NCBI GenBank assembly: GCA_049724395.1
Contig: JAUGWO010000007.1
Location: 310,001-374,000, forward strand
DNA from: Spongospora subterranea f. sp. subterranea
Lineage: Eukaryota
DNA length: 64,000 bases
Direction of reading: 5' to 3'
Each line of letters starts with the position of its first letter. The first letter of the stretch is position 1. Made by a program: the position numbers and the translations under genes. Of this stretch, positions 51,288 to 64,000 are shown piece after piece. Below the pieces are notes generated by a model. The model had not been told where the DNA came from and did no database searches. It saw only the letters and a program-made list of their open reading frames with translations.

Positions 51288-53835
51288 TTACGATTGACCA
51301 GGAGCGGCTGGCGCAGATCTGACCACATACCTACCACGTCTGGAGGCATGGGGACCCCGTTTAGAGGAGGTCATCGCCCTGTCTGGTACGGGCGACTTCT
51401 GATCGCGGCTTTGAACAGGTTTTGAATTCACTACCTGTGTAGAATGACCTTCTGGTTTCACAGCCCGATATTGTTGCTTTTCTCCCAGAACGCCCCTTTC
51501 TGAAACCTTGATTTCTCGATTGCCGATCTTGTGATGAAGCATCCGGCGCAGTAGCAGATTTTGATGGTGACGAATGAACAAGTTCACTCTGTGTCGGCTC
51601 AGAGGCGCAAACGGGAATGACTGCCTCTGTACCAGGCAAGTCATCTGCAGAAGGTGGGACCGCTGGAGCTGCCCATGCAGAAGAAATACTTGGTACAGGA
51701 CCTGCTCCAAGGGTTTCGGTGATAAGACGCCTAGCCAGAGCGAAACTGGGCGATTTTGGAGAAGCAGCGCTAAGGGTTTGCTGGCGCGACAAAAGAGAGG
51801 CGTTGTGATCAGAACGCATCTGTGGCCTAGGCGGGTGTGAGACAATTTTGTGCTGCTGTCCTGGCCTGATAGGTGTAGCATGGACACGGTCAGAAGCTGC
51901 CGCAACAGGAGAGGCAGCAGACCATTGTGAGGCATGTGAGTCATCGATAACAACAGGAGTGTTATCCCAACGACGAGGATATGACACATTTGATGCAACA
52001 TTGTCAGTGGGACGCATGGGGCCCTTACGTCTAAAGTGATGGACTGGTGTCGAATGATGATTATCACTTGACTTGACAAGATTAGAGTTCGGTACATGTG
52101 CACCTTGCGAAAATACGCTGCTGTTGTCGAGCTGCATCGCCTCCGATGACCAATCTTGACTTTCTGTCGCGTCTCGTTGATCACGGCCGTGGTTATCCTG
52201 AAATTGTTGGATTTCGTTGGTGGCGGTGGTTGATATCAAATTCACTGCAGCAACCACTGGCCGGGAATATGTTCTAGAAGGAAGGGGCAAGTCTAGTGAG
52301 ACGGCAGCGTTCGGGAGTGATTTCCGTTGGGTCCAGACGTTAGACGTATTTGATTCGGAAACGAGGAGCTTGAACGATGGCCCATTTTGAGCGGAAGACG
52401 ATTTCTCTCCAGTGCTGGAAGAGGCCCGCGTACTTGAGGGACCAACGCGTCTTCCTGAACAAGAATCACCTTCACCTGTCTGGCGCCCAAGAACATTCAG
52501 ATGCTCCGGGCCCGACAATGGCTTATTGGGACAGATTTGTATCATTTTTGGCGTATTAACAGGGTTTGATCGGGTAGAAGGCGAGCCTGGAATCGAGCCT
52601 GGAATCGCTGGAGCCGCAGTGCCGGATTTCGGCGGATGCACTGAACCTCTCTTGCGTTCATGAGCGGGGTTAGTTCGAGTGGATGGTACAAGAGCATTTG
52701 GCTGAGTCTGTCTTCGCCTGAAATCATTATCTGATAAACTACGTTCACGAGGACGAGTTTCACAAACAGAATTCCGAATTTGAGTAGCATTGGGTCTTTC
52801 CGGTACGACGATTGGTACATGGCGGATATCTTGAGAACCATAAGAGCCAAGTTGCGCCTGCTTTGCTTCATTCTCATTCATATCAGCAGACGCTTCAGAA
52901 CTTTTCGGCCGTTGCATCACCGTAATCGGCGCATCATTATGATTCTGCTGAACACCTCGACGCTGATCCATTTCTTGTAATTTGAGAGCAAGTCGCGCCT
53001 TTCGCTCTTCTTCTTTCTTTCGTTCTTCCTCTTGCCTCCGAGCGACGGCGGCAAGAGCTTTCGCTTTCATACACTCAGCCTGGTCAACTTCCGACCCCTT
53101 AGCAGCATCGGCAGGTTTCGATTGATTATCTAGCGCAGGTATATCATTACGCGTTTCAACAACCGCATCTGAGGGGGGATCGGTCCTGTTGACAGCATCT
53201 GATTTTTTCAATATGCTTTGGACAGTTGGTTTTCTCAGAGTGGCTGGTCTCCATGCCGTATCAGAACAAGGATTCCTCTGATTGGAATACTGGCTCGTTG
53301 GCAAAGTCGCTATAGGTTCTGAGTCAAATACAACCGGCTTAGAAAAATCCATATTATCATCGACATCGACCCAGCTCCTGGTTGTTGGCGGTGGAGGCGA
53401 AACTTCGCGGTCCCACGAATCAGCCTCAATTTCGACTCCAAACGGATTCCTGACAGTTGGGCGTGCTGGGGGAACAGCAGGTTTCGGCTCTAAACAGTCT
53501 TTCTTGTCAGGGAACAAGTTCAGCAAAATCCATATATTTTCAATACATACCTTCAGGTGTCGTCAACGGTACCGTCCACGTTGTCTGCAACTTTGTATCA
53601 ATTGATTTATCAGCGATTGGTACAGCGGTGAGCTTGGGTTTCGCCCAGCCGCCTCCACCAGAAGGGACAATCTCAACGTTAGGATCTTGCCCTGAGCTAC
53701 TTTTTCTCATACTAGGAATATTGCATGGGCGTGGCACCACTTTCCTGGTGATGGTTCTGCTTCCACCTGAACGAATAGGGAGAAAACGTCAAACATTAAT
53801 GGGATGAGGTAGAGTACCAAATACTCACCGGACAT
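51288..53835 (-). CDS. PRRC2/BAT2 (MOS1-like) low-complexity protein with BAT2 N-terminal motif
   Basis: RKVVPRPCNIPSMRKSSSGQDPNVEIVPSGGGGWAKP (BAT2_N-like), WVDVDDNMDFSKPVVF, and a charged coil EEERKARLALKLQEMD. Micro first exon ATGTCCG at 53835. The C-terminal frame is ambiguous (stop 51361 or 51288). Confidence 0.7.
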
Positions 53836-54341
53836 GGCCACAGGCGTTCAGCAATGCCGGGCTTCACCGAGACAATCGGCGATTAATGAATTTGAGATTT
53901 GAAAGGTGGTTGAACTGAATGCGGTTCAGCTGTTATAGAAATATATAGTGCCGGTCAGAGAGAATATTGCGCGGATTAGGTTGAGTGGGGGACAGACGCG
54001 GAAGGGCAGAACATGCGCGACTGGCCTGACTGGAGACCCCATCTACCGGGTCACTACCATTAACGTGTGAGACTGGCAGCCGAATGAACCTACCATCTAC
54101 CTTATGTGAGCCTACCAATTACCCAGTCGTTGCCCCCCCCCTACAGACGGTAGTCGTCACGGTTGGCCATTGGGCAAGTGTCTTAATCCAGATCAAATAT
54201 CAAAGGCAATATCTTCTGGTACATTCCTTTCAATCAAGGGCTAAATTGTCAAAAAGCCAGTTGAAATGCATTGGAACTCCCATGACTGATGCGACCCAAC
54301 CATGACCCATTAGGAATAATATGTTATGTTTACTTGTTCTG

Positions 54342-55172
54342 CTATCTCCAGTTGAGAGAGGTCTGAGCATATCGTTTTTGCTGTTTTGTACGCTTTCTTA
54401 TTGCATGTCTTGCCCGAATTGTAGGCAATAATTGTGTGGACATATACGTAGGTGGTCGGGCAATATCAGATGATGGATCATGATGGGTATCCCCATTTAC
54501 AGGATCAGGTCTTTTGGCTGCTAAATCAGTGTCGAACTCATGCTGCCCAATGCGGCAACGGTTCTCACTCGTCTCAACATGTTCGGGACTGGGGATTTCT
54601 CTATTACGATCGATACAATGCGGGTATTCGAACACCTGGCTCTCATTATCCGAAAACACATAATCTTGCCTGTTTCCATGTCCGATCAGATCATATTGAA
54701 ACACTTGACTGTCATTAGAGTCCTCCGACAAGGGATCCGGCACGGAAGCACCCTTAAATGATAACTTGTCAACAGGCGCATGGAAATCATCATGACCGCC
54801 AGAATATGGGTCATCTGTTGTAATAGACGATAGTTGATATTCTGCAAGGCTGAAATCTTGATATACTAGTGAGCCAATTACTGGCGATGGCGGGTTGCCC
54901 AGCGCCTCGAGATTTGGACCAACGACAACCTCTTGGGCTTGATAATTACGATGAGGCTGGTCGCTGGTTTTCGGGGACCCACCGAACCGCAACACCATGG
55001 AATTATCCAAGAGCGCAGATGGAGCGCGCAAACAGTTCAAATCTTCAGAAAACGTCAATTCCCGATCGACAAAGTCATCCGTATCAGGTTTAAATCGAGA
55101 TATGCTTGGACTTAAAACCATGTCGCGATCGTTTTCCACCAAAATTTGCTGTCCTCGGTCAATCATCGTCAA
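54342..55172 (-). CDS. Hypothetical acidic low-complexity protein (3' exon)
   Basis: 276-codon ORF ending RTKQQKRYAQTSLNWR*. No domain recognised and the 5' end is undefined. Confidence 0.4.
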   Translation of the reverse strand: MTMIDRGQQILVENDRDMVLSPSISRFKPDTDDFVDRELTFSEDLNCLRAPSALLDNSMVLRFGGSPKTSDQPHRNYQAQEVVVGPNLEALGNPPSPVIGSLVYQDFSLAEYQLSSITTDDPYSGGHDDFHAPVDKLSFKGASVPDPLSEDSNDSQVFQYDLIGHGNRQDYVFSDNESQVFEYPHCIDRNREIPSPEHVETSENRCRIGQHEFDTDLAAKRPDPVNGDTHHDPSSDIARPPTYMSTQLLPTIRARHAIRKRTKQQKRYAQTSLNWR

Positions 55173-55799
55173 TTCTTGAGTGTCGGTTGTTTCAACCGAA
55201 ACATGAGAAACAGAATCGCATCTTGTAAAATGGTTGAACTTTGACTGTATCTGCGGCTGTTTATCTAGATGTTGTATACAGGATTTTGCAAACGCCCCAG
55301 CGTTGTCAGTTTGGCTAGCCTCAGGGTGATTTTACGATGACAAGTGGCGGGGATAGTAGCAGACCTTCATCATCGTTCAAGGCGACTATATTGATCATAG
55401 ACGAGCCGCGCAGGTCAGTGGACATATTGTGGGGATACCCATCGCCAGCACAGCTTCTGGCTAAAAGAACACTCTGACGTTGTCTTGACGATAGAGGACA
55501 CATCATTATAATAAAAGGGAATAACAGCAGTACCAGGGCTCGGTTGTTCTGCAATCCGCTGACTTATCCCAATAGCCATCAAAATCTGAATGAGCTGTTA
55601 TTGGTGAACCCAGTTATGACGCTCGAGCGTCAATCATGCTGTTTTGGCTCGTGAATTATCCGTGGGAAACGTTGACTGTCAAACCTGTATCGATAAGTGG
55701 TGAGTGGTGAACTGCTGATAATGTAATGTAATGTGATTTGTGATCGAATTGGAAATCATTCTCAGTGTCATTGATCCCAAAGATAATGACAATCGGGAA

Positions 55800-56470
55800 A
55801 TCATTTGCTTTCAGGTGTCTACGTAGCATCTGTTGAGCTTTACTTGATTTATTTTGAGCTGTGTGGTTGGGAATATTGCTGTTTTCGCCATAATGTTCAT
55901 CCGAAGCACGAAGAGTTGGACATTATGCGTTTACTCAGATATAGCCCTAAATTAGGTTCAAGTCAACGACATGGTTCTGAAAATCGAACCAAACTGCCAA
56001 TTCAATGTAAGACAAGACATATCAGCTGGTGAAGGACGCATGCTGGTCTCAACACTCGTCAGAATGCGGAGGCACACAACAATAATTTCATGTAAATGAC
56101 ATCGCGATGATGATATATCACTTTTTGAAGATTGTCAATATATTGATGAGACAACGATCAAATTCGATCAGCCGTCATCTACGACTTTATCAAAACACAG
56201 CTATAAATGTACTGGTCTTCTAGAAGTGACATTGTATGCAGAACTTATTTCCTTTTATTGTGTTTTTAGTTGCACGAGAAATGGTCGTAATGTATGTGAA
56301 ATCAATGTGGAATTTCGCTGTTAGAGGATTCCCATCTAATGTTGTAATAAGCGTCCAAAAAAATGCTTGGATGAATGAGGGGCTGATGCTGGTGCAGGAC
56401 GATCGTGTGTGGGAGCCATGTCTTGACACTGCAAACCGATCCAACTTACCCTTATAATGGACTGATCTAA
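55800..56470 (+). mobile_element. pogo-like DDE_1 transposase relic
   Basis: IDETTIKFDQPSSTTL (~56143) and FPSNVVISVQKNAWMNEGLML...RVWEP, interrupted by stops and frameshifts. Confidence 0.7.
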
Positions 56471-58149
56471 AATCTTAGACATGCTTCATAAGAATGTGGA
56501 ATTTAGGCTATATTGGTTCATTTTTCATTGGTTGAATTTTTAATCGCTTGGCAACCGCAGCGAGCTCTTCGACGCAGGATGCACATGGCATGTACAAAGT
56601 CGTTATCGACAACATGATCGGGTATGGTGGGGTTCCCCTTACCTTCCTACTCGACCGGTTGTTGCCAAGTGCAACGATCAAATCATGAAATCAATATTTT
56701 GGACCACTTCCCGTTTTATGTTGACTCGTTCAAAACCCCTTTATTGAAAGCGCAGAAGAAACAATACAGCACACAGGTACTGGGTATATTCCATCTGCCA
56801 GAAGATGTTTCAGTTGGAAATGTGCTTTCAATGAAGGGGTTCTAAACTATTCAGCATAACACGGGGAGCGGTCCAAAACATTGATTGCCATTTTGCTCTA
56901 CAGAATCTAGATGAACTCGTGCGACAAATCCGATGTTGCCACGGGTTAGATGGCAATGGAACGTTCACCATTCCTGTCTTGATAGTGCCCTTGCCCTGCT
57001 ACAGGGCAATTTACGGAACCGACCGAACACACCGCAATTACCTTTCACTCAAATTGCTCTTCGATCGCCTACTTGATCAGAGCTCGCAAAGAGCTCCCAA
57101 ATATATCTTGTGAAACAAATAGATAATCGTTGCGACAAAGCGCTGCAAAATATCGTGCTCCTTGAATACTGGTTGTCTGCATTGGCCCGCACAAGTCGAC
57201 GTGAAGAACTCTCCCTAGAACTGTACTCCTCCGATCGCGCGCAACCTAGTGTCGATTGGAAAAGCATGTGATGGAGATATTGATCAGGCGACGTTCAATA
57301 TCAACGGTTTTGAACTATTAAAGGACGGAAAAGTGATAGCAGCCGGACCTCCTCTTGAAGATTGACCGTAAATCGAGCGCTTTCAAAGGAACCCATTATA
57401 GAACGTATGTCGCGCCAGCCATCGTCGAGCATAACAGGCTCGCATACTCTCCGATTAAGGTCCGTTAAGAAATCGTCTTCAAGAACATAGCAACTGGAAT
57501 CTATCGAACCTACCATAGGCGAACACAGATGCGAAGCCTGCCAAGTAGGCAAAGCAACTTGCCTCCCATTCTCACAGAGCGACTCCAGCCGAAGTTGTAC
57601 AGTTCCAGGGAGAGTTCTTCACGTCGACTTGTGCGGGCCAATGCCAGAAGTATTTAACGTACGCGTTCCCGTTCCTGTGCCTATTACATCGATCAAATCG
57701 ATAACGCTCCGTTTCACCTGTCAGTTCGGGAGTTCAGTCCTCCGATCAGTTCGGCACATCCTCACTGATCAAATCAGTAAAATAGCATTAACTTCATCTC
57801 TTTCACATTAACAAGCAATCTCATATCTGACTACCCCTTCTTTTATTAAGAAGCAGCGTGTTCTGCCACAGAAAAAAACGGCGAGGGTCCAGGCGATGGT
57901 TCCACCAGTTTACAAAAAACATCGTCATTTAAGTGTTCGTGCCGTTTTTGATATCAAAACAAGGCAAACGCCGCAACATAATGGCCGCGATTTCCGATCA
58001 ACCCGTCATTAACGCTTAGTTTCGCTAAGCTGCAGCGTTCATTTCCTATCGAACAGTGAAAATCACACCTGTTGATGAAAGGGACCTTTGCTGGTGAAGC
58101 TGCAACGATCAAGACGGTGGGGTTTGGTGCGAAGGCAAAATCGAGATGC

Positions 58150-58400
58150 GATTCTAAGAATGATGATATCATGGTCGAGAGCGCTATCATTTACTCAAAC
58201 TTCCCGGTTGCCAAAGGACCTCTGACAAACCCTGTTCAATCCACTACCTGTAGACATGTATACAGGTATGTTGTTCAACCGCCATCAGCCGACAAGGTTT
58301 CATTGTTGGTCATCGGCCTCACAGAACGTTTGGTATCAATTCCCTTGGAAAAAAAATCAGATTGCCTATCCCGTGTCGGGATGCAGTATAGGGGTTATAT
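58150..58400 (+). pseudogene. Degenerate NSE2/MMS21-like SP-RING fragment
   Basis: DDIMVES...FPVAKGPLTNPVQSTTCRHVY and downstream YPVSGCS. Expected Cys ligands appear as F and Y and the frame is broken. Confidence 0.5.
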
Positions 58401-58614
58401 AAGAATTCCACCGCGTGACCCAATCAAGAGCATTCCAAAAACGTTGAAAGGAAGGCTAGAGTAAACACTACCAATACGAGTTACGTTTGTGACACAGTAA
58501 AAACTAAAAATAGAACGAACTGAATTACAAAAAACGTCCCCAGTACGAAACACATTCCGAAGTGACAGTATGTGATAAAAATAAATATGACAGATTGTTT
58601 TAACAAGAAAAAAT

Positions 58615-60946
58615 CTATATATCCCACGAAAATGGAACCTTAGCTCGTAAAAGATGCGTGTGAGACCCAATAGCAGAATTATTCCATTCTCTTTGCATAA
58701 CCCAGCATCCTAAATACCAATTATATTGATTGCTATAAGCCAATTGACACATACCGGTAGTTTGCGCTAAGATCGCAGCACCGACCCAACTTAAATGAGA
58801 CACGTCGGACTCTTTTGAATTCTGCACAACCTCGATTCTATCTGATTCATTGAGGTAACAAGCCACCGAGTCAAGAAGCCTAAATTAGCATTCAATTTAG
58901 TTTCAACCCGATTAAGTCTAAACCCACCGGTCCTCAAACTCGTCCGAGAATCCTTTGATTTTGGCTGTACCACCAACAACTAATATTTGAGATAGCAGAA
59001 CTCGACGTAGTTCAGGATCGATAGATTCGACACTAATTCTAACCATTTCATGTAACGGAACTGGCAACACGCTGGCACTGAAAACACTATGTGGCTTATC
59101 ACAAGAGCGGCCTGCATATCAAGATTAACATTCAATAGCCATTTTGCATTAGATTATGCAAGATACTTACCATCTGGCTCGTCGATGTGGGTATTCCCCT
59201 CATCAATGACATCAGATAACCCATCAAGAGCAGTTAGTGATGATGGCTGCAGATCGTCAATGCCTGCCTAATCACAAGATGAACAAGATCATCATACCAC
59301 TCAAGGACCGGGAAACCTTTCTAGCGAGGTCTTTGGCGCGACCAGAGACAGTTGGGGCTGACTCCATAAAATCCTTGTTCAAGTAGTCGAAAGGGCGAAT
59401 ATCTTGCTGAATATATAATAATTTATGGCATCGCTCAAAATAAGCGCCAGGACCAAAGAGTGCAGTTTGAAATAGGCACAGTGGAGCAAGATACCCTGCT
59501 TGGGTCATGTTGATACGGTATCGAGACGTGATATGAGACTGATAATCCGTCACGAAGAATTCATGGCATTGATCAAAATATGCATCTTCCACAGTGCTTG
59601 GAGGAAACGCGCAAGCGTTGATCTTCAATGAATCAACTATTGCGAAATGCTGAACAAATTAAGCAAATTGAACCTCGCTAAAGCATGCCTGATGAAAAAA
59701 CATACCTGAGGTAGCGATATATTGATGTCCTTGAGTGGAAAGTAATGATCGCCCTCAAAACCGTTCACTTGGCCGGAGCATGCACGTAGGAAGTAAAGAA
59801 ACGATTCAGTAAAGTGGTCAGCGCCATAATGAGATACGACTGAAGTATTAGGAATAACGATTCCTTCTCTTATACAGCATACCTGCGTCTTCTCTTTGCC
59901 AATATCCACGACACAGCATGTTGACAGTCCTGCACCAAAACAGGCTAGAACAGACTCTCGATGCACAAACACAGCGCCCACTCCAATCTGTAGACGAAGT
60001 TTAGCGAACCGCACGAAATGGTCGCGGAATGAACAACCTGTTTGAGTAATAAATCATGAAGGTCGACAATTTCTCTGTGGCACATAACATCAGGTATTGC
60101 TAATGAGACTCCATAAAGATGGATTTGTCCCTTTTCAACTTCAAGTTCTGCACCATAGTTCGATATTTTTGTCGTGATTTTGGCAAACATTTAGCATTGA
60201 TTACCGTTGAAAATGATATGTGAGAACATCTGATAGAGGGCGTTTACGGCCGAATAGGTGGCATGCAAAGGGTCTGATGATAGTTGGCCACGATGTATAG
60301 GGTAAAATAGAGCATAATTGGAGTCAGGGGCAAGATGCAGAGCGCGATCGCCAATTACTTGAAGGAGGTAAGCGATGTTTCGTATGATAGAAAACAGATT
60401 TACCATAGCTCGGTTCCTCCGGCCTGGCATCAGTAAAGACCCATCGATGATTTGCAGCTTCACCAGGTTCTAATCGCTGTAGGCAATTAGTCTGAGTGAA
60501 TATAGGAGCAGAACTTGAATTGAAGAAGCTATTCATCACGGTTGACTTGGCAGAATTATACTGCAACAGCATATGGTTTACTGCATGAAACAAATCGTTT
60601 ACTATCTGCATTATACCTTACTCTTGAAGCGTTTTTTGAACGTCGACTGAGTTTCTTTCGCTTCATCGTCTCTTCTCTTCTCAACCAGTTCTTGATCGTG
60701 CTTTGAAACGGATACGAGGTCATGATCGTTGCGATTGGTTGGTGAGCAGCGATAGGCGATAACATTGGGTAGGGATTTCGGGCATTCATGGTGAGCGAGG
60801 CCATAACGAATGAACGCTGACCCAGGTTGAAGGACGATAATATGAGTGGGATCAGTTAGGTCGATCATGGTGCTGTTGGATAATGCGGTCAACTGTTGAT
60901 CCACTTGATCACGATACCGACCAAAGTGGGCAAAGTGCGCAGTCAT
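58615..60946 (-). CDS. ARP8: Actin-related protein 8 (INO80 complex), multi-exon
   Basis: IIVLQPGSAFIRYGLA...P..LPNVIAYR, YPIHRGQL, HRESVLACFGAGLSTCCVVDIGKEKTQVCCIREG, ILVVGGTA, SWVGAAILA and C-terminal LLRAKVPFSWDI*. The start could be 60946 or ~60868. Confidence 0.9.
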
Positions 60947-61779
60947 GCGGTCGATTCAAGGTAGTCAACCAACATGTTACCACCACCAGTCGCCTGTAAC
61001 ACTCGATGCTGTGGACTGTGGTCATTTATTCAATTCCTTGTAGTACTGTACTGTAATGTAATATCAATATGTCTTCCGACACTTGTCCACATCGTTCGCC
61101 ACGGCCCGGCAAGAAAGAAGACATTTAGATGACAAATTACTGGAACTTCACAATTGCAAATGCCATTTGTCGCTGGTGGATCAACATTAAATCCAACAAC
61201 TTTTTGATGAAATATGAGGAATCAGGCAACGACAGCGAGATCACAGACTGCCCTGCAGATCTATGATCCAGAGACGATTTGCAGTTTAAAAAGTGACAAA
61301 CTACAGTATCGGTCCAGACCTAACGCCATTGATTACGATTTGTGACGTTAAGAAGTGGATGCATCTTCCTATAAAATGGTTTACCTGCATTGGGTGTACA
61401 ACTTCAGAGAACCAAGTTCGACCCAAACAGGTCATAAGCAACATGAATGCAGAAACCGGAATCGTTAAAATAGGAGGTCGCAGAGGAGGTCGTGACAAGG
61501 GTGATCCCTGCTCATCTAAATTAAAACCTCGAACACGATCGTAAACCCTGCACCTGGTTTCCTTCAGTGATTCAGGTGGATCACTATTTGACCTCTTGGC
61601 CGTATAACCTGTTTTCTCAGATATCTGCCACACCACCGATACCGTTTTAATTTCAAATCCACAAACGTGGCAGATAGCAAATTTTTGGTGATTCCATCGT
61701 TGTAAGCTTATGGTTTAGCAGACTAGCTGGGCTTTGTCCCTACAACAGGCTACAGGAATATTAAAGACTTGTCAATAAA

Positions 61780-62290
61780 GCGATTGTAGCCAGTTGTGTT
61801 CCTCTTGTGAGTGCTTCACTTTGGTGTAATCGGCAAATAATGCTTGGAGGAATTTTGCGTAAAATGCCAGCTTGCCGATATGGTTTCCATCGCGATCGTG
61901 TCATGATAAAGTTCGACAAGTCGGTCCAGGTATTCCATCGTCTCGTTTGGCTTCTTCTGTGCTTCGATAAACCCGAAGAATATGGGCCCCGATTTCGCCT
62001 CTTTGTTTCATCGTGAAGGGTTTGCGATTTCGCCAAACTTGAGCCGTTGTCGCACAGTCGCTGATCAGCTTGTATTGCGCCTGTGCCATGCGACTCCTGA
62101 TTTCCTCCAGTGCTGCACGATCATTTCGTCGTTCAGTCGTTGATTGGCTAATGATGTAAGTAGGTTTGTTTTGATACATTGCTTGGTAGTGTTGAAGTAT
62201 CTACCGTCGTTATCAATTTTTTGCATTGGAAAAATTGTGAGTCCCAATTCACCGAAGTTGTGCGACAGAGTCCAGAAGAACAAGAACTCA
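61780..62290 (-). mobile_element. Ty1/copia gag (UBN2-like) relic
   Basis: AALEEIRSRMAQAQYKLISDCATTAQVW and ETMEYLDRLVELY fit the copia gag pattern. Confidence 0.6.
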
Positions 62291-62589
62291 ACAACAAGTA
62301 ATAATCAGGTGCAGAGTCGTCATCACCAATATGACGCAGCACACCGGCGACGAAGGCAATGATCGACTCGGTCATGGCAGATCACAAGAGTGACAAAGAA
62401 GTCGACAAGATCGACCACAAAGCACAAGGCTTACCGTAAGGCCAACCAGTATTGTTAGGAGGTGCAAGACCAGCTCCCACGACACTGATCAAGTGTCGGG
62501 TATTGAACCCACATCTCAACACGTCCTTACGAGACTACACCAAAGAATCAATAACGCCCAGCGAACAGATTCAGGATCACGCGCGTTCG

Positions 62590-62830
62590 GTACTGTAGCT
62601 ACGTGCGACTCAATCATTGATAGCGGCGCCGACGTATCACACACAAACAATCAAGACATCCTGACCGACTATTGACCTCTTGAACAACCCGTCCATATCC
62701 AAATGTGCAGCGGACAGGCATCAAAGGCAATTGGAGAAGGAATTTTGATCATCCCAGCGTTGTAGCCGATCACCATCAAGGACGTGTTTTGTGCACCGAA
62801 GGTGGCAAATACATGGCTAACAGAGCATTG
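62590..62830 (+). mobile_element. Ty1/copia aspartic protease relic
   Basis: IIDSGADVSHTNN...AIGEG...TIKDVFCAPKVANT (DSGA plus DVxxxP motif) with in-frame stops. Confidence 0.8.
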
Positions 62831-63030
62831 GATCGCGCTGCAGGAACTGTCAATCCATCGTATATCGTTATTTTTAATCGTCATTTTGGTTGTGACTCAC
62901 ACTCCTGCCCGAGATCTGTTTTATATTAGACGTCACCAGATTGGTGCCCCTGTTTTAACAGATTCTATTAGGCGCCGGTGCTCAATCATAATCAACCTAT
63001 CAAATTTAACAAGCAATAATAATAGCGATA

Positions 63031-63103
63031 GCCCTGCTAGCTCAGTTGGTAGAGCATTGGTCTAATAAGCCAAAGGTCATCAGTTCAAGCCTGATGTGGG
63101 GCA
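63031..63103 (+). tRNA. trnI-AAT: tRNA-Ile(AAT), intronless
   Basis: Cloverleaf: acceptor GCCCTGC/GTGGGGC, D arm GCTCAGTTGGTAGAGC, anticodon arm TTGGT-CTAATAA-GCCAA, T arm ATCAG-TTCAAGC-CTGAT. T-runs downstream fit Pol III termination. Confidence 0.95.
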
Positions 63104-64000
63104 AATATTTTGGTTTTGCAATTTTGTTTTCGTTGCGTGTTCGTTTTTTTGATGTTGAGCAGTCGTCATTGATGGAGGCGAATTAGGCGACATTTTATCG
63201 CTCACAGCACCCAACGTCACATTTTCCGGTGCTGTCGCAGCACCTTGATCTTGTCACCAAAAATCACACAGCAACATTCGCACCGAAATGTCGTTCCCAC
63301 TCCTTCAGGTATTGCTTCGATCAAAGTTGGAATTGAGTTTGCCATTTATGCAAGCCAATGCTTTGCGAGACATACGTTGTTAGCGCTTGTTAGGTTGGCT
63401 AACGATCGACCCCACAAGGTCTTTCAGGCAGTGCCCCAGCACGATCTAACTGTTCCAGGACGAATGCTTGACAATCAGAATGTTGAGTAGATGTCTGCAG
63501 TCATCAAAGAATCAAATGGTTAGATTCGAAAACAACGAAAGCAGAGTCAAAACTATTCCGTATTCTGCAACTCTCTACTAAAGCAGAATTAACGTTAATT
63601 GATTTTGTTAAATTTAAACCAGATCATTTGTTTTTTGGATAATGATTGTGTTAGCGAGCATTGCTAACAAAATAATGAGGGTTTCACTGAACGACGAACA
63701 AAAGAAATAATTAACGCCACCCAACGAATCAGGAAGCGTCCTTGAAACTGGTGTAATGGAAGGTCGTGATGCTTGCACCTAAAACAGAGGATACTCTCAT
63801 GATCCCAAAGTCTCAATCGTGGCCTTCTGCCATCATAGTACTGCTTGGTTTGCTGGTGCCAATGAAAACCGTGGAAGCTTTATCCCAGAGATGTTGGCTG
63901 CGGGCAAGCATCGATCGCTACCCGGCCCGGTGTTCGTGTGCAACGAGGGCCTTCATCTTTGGCGTATTCAGCATATCCTAGCCCTGACTTGGGTAGGACG

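Noticed and set aside
62490..62515. B-box/T-arm-like GGGTTCAATACCC on the minus strand
   Set aside because: I could not build a D arm, anticodon arm or acceptor stem, so no tRNA is called.

Overview
Eukaryotic, gene-dense DNA with short (~35-60 nt), mostly GT-AG introns. The impression is of a compact protist genome, possibly plasmodiophorid-like, but taxonomy cannot be established from this window. Housekeeping genes recognised: GCN1 (runs off the left edge), RPN5/PSMD12, CDC6, RWDD1/Gir2, a putative NSL1, homocitrate synthase, RIO2, a TMEM230/134-type protein, ZSWIM2-like, PRRC2/BAT2-like, ARP8 and tRNA-Ile(AAT). Between them lie decayed, scrambled transposon fragments (Ty3/gypsy, Ty1/copia, hAT, PIF/Harbinger, pogo, Tc1-like). 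Two things stand out. (1) A ~14 kb minus-strand gene (41176 to ~26900) for a giant predicted type-I membrane protein of roughly 4,500 aa once four small frameshifts are corrected. It has a signal peptide, a Tyr/Pro/Lys-rich PGYVPPTYKP repeat block resembling mussel-adhesive and plant wall proline-rich repeats, nine copies of a Cys-rich ~140-aa domain I cannot assign to a family, Ser/Thr mucin spacers, a LamG/ConA-like domain and a TM anchor. (2) At five separate places, three of them clearly transposon-derived, two copies of the same sequence sit in inverted orientation, forming potential fold-back hairpins. Smaller points: an intact -1 frameshift signal (G GGA AAC plus hairpin) in a gag relic and a probable non-canonical GA-AG intron. 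Gene boundaries were read by eye and are approximate.
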